Assembly (NCBI RefSeq): GCF_006345805.1 | Contig: NC_042997.1 | Coordinates: 212,226,001-212,290,000, forward strand | Origin: Octopus sinensis | Lineage: Eukaryota | DNA length: 64,000 bases | Direction: 5' to 3' | In this document: positions 51,947 through 62,793 of the stretch, piece by piece | How the letters are laid out: each line of letters begins with the position of its first letter | Position numbering within the stretch: position 1 is the stretch's first letter | Made by a program: the position numbers and the translations under genes | The notes under the pieces: model-generated | Databases searched by the model: none | Seen by the model: only the letters and a program-made list of their open reading frames with translations | What the model was told of the DNA's origin: nothing

Positions 51947-52621
51947 AATGTATGTATATACATAAATATATATATATATATTGCCAGACCTCAGTCAAAT
52001 CGTCCAACCCATGCTAGCATGGAAAGCGGACATTAAAAGATGACGATGATATATATATATATATATATACATGTTGGCATGGGTTGGACGGTTCGACTGG
52101 GGTTTGGGAAGCCAGTAGGCTGCATCAGGCCCCACTCTGATCTGGCAGTGTTTCTACAGCTGGATGCCCTTCCTAATGCCAGCTACTTCGAGAGTGTAGT
52201 GGGTACTTTTTACATGCCACTGGCAGAAGGGCCCAGAGGAGCTGGCATCGCCCACAATCAGGTGCTTTTTACGTGCCACTGGCATGGAAGCCAGTCAAGG
52301 CAGCACTGGCATCGGCCACATTTAGGTGGTGCTTTTTACGTGCTACTGGCACAGGGGTCACAACTACAAATTCCATTTGATTTGATTTTGACATTGCTGA
52401 AGATGATGATATATATATATATATACACACACACATACACGTAAATATATGTATGTGTGTGTTTGTAGTTACCTGGTCTGAGTTGATCCAATTATATGAC
52501 ATTTTTGAATGTCAGAATATTTTCAAAATAACTGTTTCCTTTTTAAATTAGGGACCCAATTTCAAATAATGCAGATGTGTGTGTATGCCTAATTTGTGTC
52601 GACCATCAGAGCAGAAGTCAT

Positions 52622-52820
52622 GCTGGAGCATTGCCTAAATATATATATGTCTTGTTTGAGAGACGTGTATTTATGAATGTATGTGCGTGTGTATATGTAT
52701 GTATGTGTATATATATATATGCTGGAGCATTGCCTAAATATATATATGTCTTGTTTGAGAGACGTGTATTTATGAATGTATGTGCGTGTGTATATGTATG
52801 TATGTGTGTATATATATATA
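52622..52820. repeat. Near-perfect 99-bp tandem duplication
   Basis: GCTGGAGCATTGCCTAAAT... starts at 52622 and 52721. Confidence 0.9.
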
Positions 52821-53764
52821 TAGAGAGAGAGGTAGATAGATAGATGTACACACACATCCATATATACAAAACACCATTACTATCTACCAAATTGTTGATA
52901 TTCTTTAACTGCGTATTTACGTTAATTTATCCAGAAATTCTTCCAATATTATGGTTCTAGTCTAATATAATCCAGTCTTCCAGTCTTATGTTCCCAGTCT
53001 AATATAATCGATACATTAAAGACACCTTTAAATTCAAAGTTAATTACTGGTATCATCATTTTTTAAATTTCATTATCGTCATCAAGACATTTGTTGATTA
53101 ACCTTCGATAATGAGATGCTCGTTTGTAAGCTTTATCGGTCGTGTAGTTGTTGTTTAGTCCGAGGTAGGTCTTTGGTCCCCTTTTTATCTCCCAACATTA
53201 CCTTTTCCAAGGTATTCCTCTACTGTTAAGAGGACAAGGTATAATTTGAGGGAGACTTGGTTGTTATTTTTAGTAGAGCAACCCACTGTGCAAAAGCTGT
53301 AAGCGCCTATATATGTGTTCATGTGTGTGTATATATATATATATATACGTGCACATATACATACATACACACAGTACATGGTGAATGTGGAGTTTAGAGT
53401 TCCCAGCTAATATGTAAACATGAGAGCTGTTCTAGCCATGACCATCCAGTTCTTTTAAGCATAGTATATGTGACTCTCCTTTTAAAGAAACAACGGTGTA
53501 CTGTGATGATATTCTGCTGCTATTTTTAGCAGAGTGTCTGGGTGGAAAGAGAGAGAGGGGCTGCAATAATGGTACCCGGGGTACAGGAAGTGCCAGATAT
53601 AAACAATATGGTAAGGAAACGGAAATATATGAAGATGATGAAGCGTTCACCCATTGAATATCTTCAACAAGTCTCACCTCCATGGAATGGTAAATAAAAA
53701 CAAAGAATACTTTAGTAAATGGACACTGGTGATTGGAATTAGTGGTATTAATTGCAGGAGGGTC

Positions 53765-53797
<33 letters not shown>

Positions 53798-54091
53798 GTA
53801 TATATAATTCGACTAAAAGCTAAGATGGAATATTGAAACATGCCATAGAGGAGAAAAAAATAAAAATGAAAGCAGGTTTTTGGTATTAAATAAAACAAGA
53901 GAAGAGAGAGATGTTGTTCACCAAGACATGTAAAGGAATGTGAGGGTGCCTGTGTATATATACATATAAAAATATATATATATATATAATTACTGGTGAA
54001 GTGCGAGTACAGGTTATTTATGTATATATATAAATAAATATGCTTCAACATGGGTCATTTTTTTTTTTTTTTGTGGTTGACAAAATTTTAC

Positions 54092-54145
54092 CTTATCTTT
54101 CGCTTCTTCATTTTCGGTAGGAAATCTCTGCCGAATTTCTGCCAT
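54092..54145 (-). CDS. First coding exon of a minus-strand gene (MAEIRQRFPTENEEAKDK, phase 0); probable membrane protein
   Basis: ATG in GAAATGG context, 18 open codons ending AAG|GTAAAA donor, in non-repetitive sequence next to a promoter-like region. An early 'IRQR' start is common in ER membrane proteins (inference). Confidence 0.7.
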
Positions 54146-56024
54146 TTCTCTGTTTGAGCTTTTGTTTTTGTTTTCGTAGTTCAGGTTTTTTTTTTGGGGG
54201 GGGTCTTTTGTGAGTTTTTAGCCCCAATTAATTACAAAGAATTTTTCAATATTTAAACAATAAATAAATTTCTAGATTGTTGCCAAACTGTCGATCTCTC
54301 TCTCTCTCTCTCTCTCTTGGTCATTTACAATTAACAAAATCCTGGGGAAAAAAAATTCTTCTTCTTCTTGTACCGAAAACACGTCGCTTTCTTGTTTCTT
54401 TCTGTCTTTCTTTCTGTCAGGTTATTACAATAACAACAACAGCAACAACATCAACAGATACTAAATATTAAATACTACTGTTGTTATAAAAAACAACATC
54501 CACATGCAAATATATATTAAATAGAAGAATTGTTGTTGTTGTTGTTGTTGTCGTGTAATGAATGTAAATGTTATTGAGTGTTGTGTTGTGACAATAAGGG
54601 AATACCTGGTGGTGTTAGTCGGTGGGACATTAGACAGAAAGTCAATTAGTAAGACGACACGGCACAGGTAGGTGGAGATCGATTATATAGATTGGAATTC
54701 ACACAAACATTGAAATCACTTTCTTTCATAATAAATGAAATCGACACTCATCAATGTGTGTGTCTATATATAAGGCAGGGTGTATACTGTTACTGTGTAT
54801 ACATGGACATATATGCATGTGTGTGGTGTGTGTACATATATATGCGTGTGGTGTGTGTGTGAGTGAGTGTATATGTAGCTATATGTACGTGCGTGTGTCT
54901 ACATATAAACATATACAAACATATTTATGTGTATATATATACATACATGTGTGTAGACATATGTATATACGGAGAGAGAGAGAGAAGGGGAGTATTAGTA
55001 TGTCTCACAGTGGTAGAAGTAGGAGGGGAGAGCAGGGAAAATAGTAATAGTGAAAGAGAAGGAGGAGGAAGATTAGAAAGTATAAACGACACAATTAAGA
55101 GGGAGGAAGGGCTATTAGATAATCCAAACAATAAAAGCGAGGGTGGAAAGAGAGGTATTAGAAAGAGTAGACACAAAAGGGAGGTGAAGAATGAGAGATA
55201 TTAGAAAGAGTAAACACGAAAGAGAGGAAAAGAAAGAGAGATATTAGAAAGAGTAGACACGAAAGGGAGGGGAAGAAAGAGTGGCAAGGGAGATGCGAAT
55301 GATAGAGCGACAAGGAGAGGAGACGACGAATGAAGAAGTAGTCGGAGTAAATCACGAAGAATATCGTACACTCTCGTAGATGCGGATTTTAGTTTTTATT
55401 TTAATAAAGAATAAATGAATGTTTATAGTGTAATAGAAAAAATTCATTAATTGCTCAAATATGATTTTAGATGTAAAAGTTGCGAACGAAGCTGAATTTG
55501 GGAAAAGGAATTGGAAAAATACTGACGTTTGATTTCAGTGAGAAATATGTAAGGGGAGGTAATAATGTTGTTATGTAAGGTAATGAAGCTGCAACAGCTG
55601 GCTTGCAGTTGGATAAGAAGCAGTAACAGTTGGCTGGCAGTTGGAAAGCAGTAGAAGCAGCTGGCTGGCAGCTGGAAAGCAGTAGAAGCAGCTGGCTGGC
55701 AGTTGGAAAGCAGTAGAAGCAGCTGAGCAGTAACAGCTGGTTAGCAGTAGAAAAAGAAGCGGCAGTGGAAGTAGTAACAGCCGGTTTGCAGTGGAATATG
55801 CAGCAGAGTAGCAGTAGCCTTTAGCACAATAAATGAATAGTAATATCTCTAGTGCTAGATACATGGCTGGTAAGTAGTAGTAGTAGTAGTAGTCGTAGTG
55901 GTTGTAAGAGCAGCAGCAGCAGCAGCTGATGGTGTAGTCGGTGCTTGTGGTAGTAGTAGTAGTAGTAGTAGTTGGTGGGCAAGCCAGCTTCGTACACCAA
56001 CAGTTTCAGTAGTTTATAGTAGAA
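54146..56024. promoter_or_regulatory. Probable bidirectional promoter / 5' UTR region between two divergent genes
   Basis: Lies between two divergent ATG exons, has CpG-richer patches (about 55300-55385) and GA- and AGT-rich tracts, and has no recognisable SINE. Confidence 0.55.
55631..55723. repeat. 31-bp tandem repeat x3
   Basis: TGGCTGGCAGTTGGAAAGCAGTAGAAGCAGC at 55631, 55662 and 55693. Confidence 0.9.
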
Positions 56025-56132
56025 ATGGCAGCCACCACAACAAGAAAGGTGCTGTCTGTTATTAGACGTGGGTCCTGCCGCTCACCACTGACAGCATCCA
56101 GGATTTTATTTACCGGCAACAAACATTTTCAG
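56025..56132 (+). CDS. First coding exon of a plus-strand gene, probably a mitochondrial protein (MAATTTRKVLSVIRRGSCRSPLTASRILFTGNKHFQ)
   Basis: AAAATGG-type start context (AGAAATGG), 36 open codons ending CAG|GTAAAC. The peptide is rich in R/S/T/A and has no D/E, as expected of a mitochondrial presequence. Confidence 0.75.
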
Positions 56133-56238
56133 GTAAACCATCAAAACTAAACACACACACACACACTATATATATATATAAACACATACATATATATATA
56201 TATGTATATATATATATATGTATATATATATATGTGTT

Positions 56239-56269
<31 letters not shown>

Positions 56270-56494
56270 GTATATGATATAGAATTGTGCTTTAATGAAT
56301 GAATGAAAACTTTTATAATTGTTTTTTTTTTAATTAGTTGTTTGTTTATGTATTTTTACAGTGTCTAAAAAATGTGTACACATTAATATTTTGACCTGTC
56401 ACTCCTTACATTCTTCATATGTGGTTCATAATATTACATACATAACTATACACACACGCATATATATATGCCTTGTGATATGTGTATATGAGGC

Positions 56495-56815
56495 TGTCTA
56501 TCTGCCTACCTACCTATCTATCTGCCTACCTACCTATCTATCTATCTATCTGCCTACCTATCTATCTATCTGCCTACCTATCTATCTATCTGCCTATCTA
56601 TTTATCTATCTGCTATCTATTTATCTATCTGCTTATCTATTTATCTATCTGCTTATCTATTTATCTATCTGCCTATCTATTTATCTATCTGCCTATCTAT
56701 TTATCTATCTGCCTATCTATTTATCTATCTGCCTATCTATTTATCTATCTGCCTATCTATTTATCTATCTGCCTACCTATCTATCTATCTGCCTATCTAT
56801 CTATCTATCTATCTG

Positions 56816-56855
<40 letters not shown>

Positions 56856-56860
56856 CCTGC
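56495..56860. repeat. (TATC)n array with a 20-bp higher-order unit CTATCTATTTATCTATCTGC
   Basis: Direct inspection. Confidence 0.95.
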
Positions 56861-57142
56861 TGTGTTAAATACTACGTTTATTTAAATACAGGCAAATAGG
56901 TGTGGGTGTGTGTATAAAGTTAAATGCATCAGTTTTCCATTGGAAAATTTATATGAATTTTTTTCTATTTTATTCTGGAACTTTATTCCCCCCACACACA
57001 CGCACACGTATATATACACGTCTGTATCTACACTCTACTGGTTGTTAAATTTATTTATGTCGGTGCTTGTAGCTAATGTATACACATACACTTATAAATA
57101 TGTAAATACATATATAAGTGTATGTATATCATACACACATAC

Positions 57143-57182
<40 letters not shown>

Positions 57183-57746
57183 AGTTCTTTTTAGTTTATT
57201 AATTTCACATTCTTTTCTTTAACTATTTCTTATCTTTCTATTATGATTCACTCCCTCACACACACACACACACACACCAGTGTGTGTGTGACCTCCCTAC
57301 AACCAAATTCACTCCGATGTGAGTCTGGTGGTGCCGAGGCGCAATTCTGCGCCAATCTAGTAAAGTGCGCTCGGCGCACGCACACACACGCACGCATACA
57401 CACACGCGCACACACACACACACACACGCACACGTGTATGTGTGTGTGTGTGTTTGTTGTGTATACGATTCAGTATATGTCGACGTATATGCATGTAGAC
57501 ATACGATGTTTATGTGCATATGGGGAATATGTATATGATGCTTCTATTATAAATGTATACACACACATATATATATATATATATACACACACACGCGTTT
57601 CTGTGGTGTCCGTATATTATCTATACAAGAAGTGTGTGTGTAGTTGGTGATGTGTTTCTACTTTGGAAAACAATTGGTGGGGAATGGAGAGATTATTCGA
57701 CTCTTGGAAGCAGAAAGACTTCGGGGAACTTCTCTTTCTTTGCTAC

Positions 57747-57778
<32 letters not shown>

Positions 57779-57904
57779 TCAAGGTGTAGATAACCTTTCC
57801 TGTGTATATATGTGTATATATATGTATGCATATGTATGTGTGTATGTGTGTGTGTTTATGTGTATGTATGTATATATGTGTGTATAAGTATATAGGTAAG
57901 TGTA

Positions 57905-57952
<48 letters not shown>

Positions 57953-58703
57953 CACATATGTATATGTCTTTATGTAGGTGTGTGTGCGTGCACATATGTA
58001 TATGTGTTTATATATACGTATAGACACATGCATACATCTTTATTTGTCTGTCTACAACACATAGGTATTTCCGCATACACGTAGATGCAGTTATACACAT
58101 CTATGTATACGTGTGTGTATGACTACACACACACACCACACACACACACATATGTACACACCCGAGAAATAACTACAGGAGCAGTTTTGAAATTTCTCTT
58201 GACAACTTGAAAACAATTACTCTATTTTATTTCTTTCTGAATATTTATTTTTTCTCTTCAAAATAAAGAGGGAAGGGTTTTAACGGTTTGAAAATATTGG
58301 CAATAGCAATAATGCGAGTTTGGTGGAAAAAGCTCGAGTGTTTTTTTTTCAAGTGGTTATTTCGGCGGTGCGCTAATTAACAATCTGGGGTGTGGTAGCT
58401 TTATAATTGTATGCCACCCTCTCTCTCCCTCCTTATACACACACACACACACACACACACCACACATATATATATACACACACACACAATATATATATAT
58501 ATACACACACCCACACCCATCCACATATTTATGCAGACACACACACACACATATATATATATACACACACATATATATATATATACACCCACACCCACCC
58601 ACATACACACACATATATATGCATACACACGCACATACACTTACATAAATTTGTTTATATAGACGTGTGTGTATATATATGTGTGTGTGTGTATATATAT
58701 ATG

Positions 58704-58734
<31 letters not shown>

Positions 58735-59657
58735 ATATATATATGTGTGTGTGTATATATGTGTGTGTGTGTATATGTGTGTGTGTGTATATATGTGTGT
58801 GTGTGTGTATATATATATGTGTGTGTGTGTGTTTTAATATCAAATACTTGTATAAATGATTATTAGGCCTGGATTTCCCACTATTTCTGCTGAAACCCGA
58901 ATCATTGCAACGTAAATTACTCATCTGCTTATTCTTCTATGGAAACCTATCTTTCATTTGGTAATATCTACGAATGGTTGAGAGAAGAACGTGTGTCCAT
59001 TAGACTGTTACATCACGTCTTCTACAGCTGTTCTTTAATTTTTGCTGCCAGAAACTACATTTGTCAAATATTATCCATTAACTTTGCTCTCCTTGTGCTG
59101 CTTCTATTGTTGCATTTTAAATCTGTTCTCCTGGCCTCCATCTGCCCACCTCCTCATTGCCTTCCATACATGTCTCAAATCTATGGAAGCAGCAATCGAT
59201 GCCATTCTGTGAAGCCGCAAGCCGGTAATTTCATCTTTGCTCGCTGTAGTTCCTCTTTCATGACACACACGGCCACACAAAGACTGCTGCAACTGATTCA
59301 GTTCTTATTTAATTCCTGATGAATTGTTTCAGCGCAGCTGGTATTCCAACCATGACCACCATGACTTATTCAAATAGTATCTCCAGTATATTGTCCTTCC
59401 ATTTTAAGAAGCAAGTGCGAGATTTGGTTATTATTTCTAGCATGTCAAGTGACCATTCTCTTTAGAGAAGCGCGGTGATATAGTTTTTAAGTGTTTTATT
59501 GGCAACCCCAGTCTAATGTGACCATCACTACCAAATAAATTTTAACAGAATTGTTGCTTGATTCTGCAACACTCTTGATTTACTAGACATTCCCGCCATG
59601 ATCACCTCGCCTTTTATTCAGGCATAGTACTGGTAACCAGAGAGCTATCATCTAATG

Positions 59658-59870
59658 CGGTGATTCTCAACTATTTTTTGATTCACCTATGAACCCCCTG
59701 ACATTCCGACTTTACTCGAATGGTCCCTCATAGCCATTCGATGTTAAAAATTCATATATTTTCATAATTGAATATAATTTGTGATTATGTGAATTGTAGA
59801 AGTATAGCAAATTTATTGCTGATAAACTTTAACAGCAAAATCTTATATGGACCCCGGTTGCGAACCTCCG
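59658..59870. mobile_element. Decayed hAT (Charlie-like) MITE
   Basis: CGGTGATTCTCAAC...GTTGCGAACCTCCG termini resemble CAGTGGTTCTCAAC TIRs in a TCTA-like target. Confidence 0.55.
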
Positions 59871-62745
59871 ATCTGTTGTGTTGCTGTCGAAAGGGTAAGG
59901 GTGTGGTTCGAAGATTTGACGGTTGTTTCTAGCAAATTATGTTGCCATCCGGATGCATTCTTGCTGGATCCTTGCTATTGTAACAGACAATCATGAAATC
60001 GAAACCCAAGCATCAAGAATGTAAAAGTTGTAAACTCAGTAAAACTCTTTCTTTTGCTTCTGCCGAATTCCTTCTCTTTCAATACAACTTTCAGCCATCT
60101 TTCTCCATATATTCTAGATTTCGTCTTAGTTTGTAAATTGTTGCCCTAAATTATCTTTAATATTTAACAAATGTGTTAATATTTAACATATAGGTCTGTT
60201 TAAAAACTTTCTTTTAAAACATTGTTTTCCACCCCCGTGGGAAAGTTCATGTGAATGTACTTCAAGTGTACTTCGTGTACTCCAATGACACCTTTAAACT
60301 CCGGGTATTCAACTGCGTGACTGAAGGCCTACCCAACCTAATGTGCCTTGTCAGTGGGGTGTGGTTTGGCTACTACTATTTCTTAACTGCTGGAACAACT
60401 ACATAGATATCTTGTTGCTATTTTAAACCTGAAATACTTCTTCAATCCATTCTGGTTATGTAGTAAAAGACAGTTCCATACAAAACTTGGCCAACTACGA
60501 GAAAGTCACTTTTAAACCTCTCTTTCTCTCTCACACACACACACACACACACACTGTTGCAAATATATTTTCTTAAATGAATGGTGGGTAACAGAATCGT
60601 TTGAGCATCGAACAAGGTTTCTTGCGGTGATTCATTCTGGTTCTTTATGTTCAGAATCCAAATCCCACCGTGATAAATCATTATTCTTCCTGGGGATCAA
60701 TAACATATAATACAAACCAAATACGGAAGATCACTCGTATCGGTTAACCCTCTTTCCTCCAAATTTCAGGCATTGTGTCTAATTCAGAAGTAATTATTGC
60801 AAGTATTGCATTTAATCATTCAAGTTTATTATTATTATTATTAAGCTGACGAGCAATGCCAGGCGTAATGCTCGGCGGCATTTCGTCCGTCTTTACGTTC
60901 TGAGTTCAAATTCCGCCGAGGTCGACTTTACCTTTTATCCTTTCGGGGTCGATAAATTAAGTAACAGTTGTATACTGGGGTCGATGTAATCGACTCGTCC
61001 CTCTCCCAAATTTCAGGCCTTGTGCCCTTAGTAGAAAGGATTATTATTATTAAGGCAAGAGCTTGCAGAATCGTCCGCGCGTTGGACAAAATGCTTAGCG
61101 GAATTTCTTCAAGCTTTTTACATTCTGAGTTCAAATATTGCCAAGTTTGATAGCACTGGAATCGATGTAATCCACACACACACACCTCCTCTAAAATTTC
61201 AAGATTTGTACCTATGGTAGATAATCATAAAAATTCGTGAGATTTCCTTTGGTTTAATTCCATTTGGAATTCTGTTCTTAGCAACACGGACAATATATAC
61301 AATGTGAAATAATTATAGTTTTGTTGGTAAATTAAAGTACGAATTGCTTTCTTTTGGTAGTTCCATTTTTGTTGTTCTATAGATTTGCTTCTGGTATTTC
61401 TGGGTTTTTTTTTCTTTTAATGATAATTGAAATATTTGTAGTTTCCACGTGATTTTACACCAGGTTAATATATTTCCATATTTTACTTTTACCTTCCAAT
61501 TTTACTAGCGACAGTTTTATTGATTGTCTGCTCGGAGAGTCTAACAGTAAATTCCATCTGCCTGCCGCCAACAATCCTCTTTCCGCGCTGCTGACAAGCT
61601 TGCTATTGAAAGAGTTACGATTGTCTTCATCGTCATAAGCACTAATTCTGTTTACAACTATTCATTCTCTCTCTCTTTGACAAGATGAAAGTATTTCTCC
61701 GATTACCATTTGTCCCTTTCGTTCCCTGTTCTAATTTTGCCAACATCGATGTCTTCACCTTTTATCATTCTAATAAATACCAGTCAAATATAGGGACAAA
61801 TCCAGTCGACTTTACCTTCTCTCATCAAAATCTTTGGCCTTGTCCATTGTTATTACTGCTTTGTTTGACACGAGCTGTTCCAAGTCTCACCCAGTGACCT
61901 CGAGTAACGAGTTGGACGCTTTACTATGGTAGTTAGTTATGGTTAGCAATGATATATTGCTGAGAAAGAAGACCAAATACCGAGAATTATGATTTTTTAA
62001 AAACATTTGTTGTAATATTTGCAATTTTGAAATAGTTTAAAAGAATTAGTATGTGGGCAGTACTCATGAGAGCATTTTTTTTTTGTAGTGTTGATTCTTT
62101 TGGGTTACCTGAGATTTTGCCCTAGTGTTTAAAAGTGTCGTTTATCTCCTTATTATATCCAAAACTCTGATCATAGATACAGTTGTTCTCAGATGCCACG
62201 TTTTTGAAACCTGTTTCAAGGTACTTATTGTTAACTCGTCGAATGTTTTTTTTCCACAGAAGTGTTGCTTATCTTCAGGGATTTGACACATCTATGCACA
62301 AACATGTTTGTCAATGCTTTTTCTGTTTTTTATATTTACCCACAGTATCTGGTCGAGTGGCCTTAATTAAGCTCGATCACTTTGAATACTGGTACAACAC
62401 CGACTTTCTTGATAATGATGGTCTGGAACCTCTTATAGTTTATTCTAATTTAAGAGCAGAAACTTCAAATTCCTGAAGCTGTCACACTAGTTTACTGACA
62501 TCTCTTTCTCTGTGCAGCATTGGTAATCTTTTATTACTTATACTAACATAGTAGTGCCTATATTCCATTTAACTATAATTTGATATTTGTTTAATTTAGA
62601 GTGTGTTGAGGATAGTGACCACTCCAACTCATAAATCTTAGTAATTTGGAAAGGCATTGTAATCAAAGGTTCCATGAAATCGATGTTGTATCTGTACTAA
62701 GGTCTCAGAGAACAGCAGTGTCTTTATTTTCTACTTCTTTGGCAG

Positions 62746-62793
62746 GCTTATGCTCTCACCAGCCCTTGTCATATGCGAGTCCAGATCGATGGT
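62746..62793 (+). CDS. Possible exon 2 of the plus-strand gene (AYALTSPCHMRVQIDG)
   Basis: Strong acceptor TCTTTATTTTCTACTTCTTTGGCAG, phase 0 compatible with exon 1, donor GGT|GTATGA. No homology recognised. Confidence 0.25.

Noticed and set aside
351-52444. Recurrent ORFs such as MLAWVGRFDRG... and ...CRWHVKST...
   Set aside because: Frames through the family A repeat; not genes
53432-53683. 83-aa minus ORF near exon 1
   Set aside because: No homology or splice signals; includes a GA tract
24443-58924. Numerous ORFs rich in YI/HT/CV/LS (e.g. 24443, 30388-30997, 44293-44794, 56361-56885, 57693-58924)
   Set aside because: Translations of microsatellites
58939-59319. 126-aa plus ORF
   Set aside because: No recognisable domain or splice signals; probably decayed element sequence
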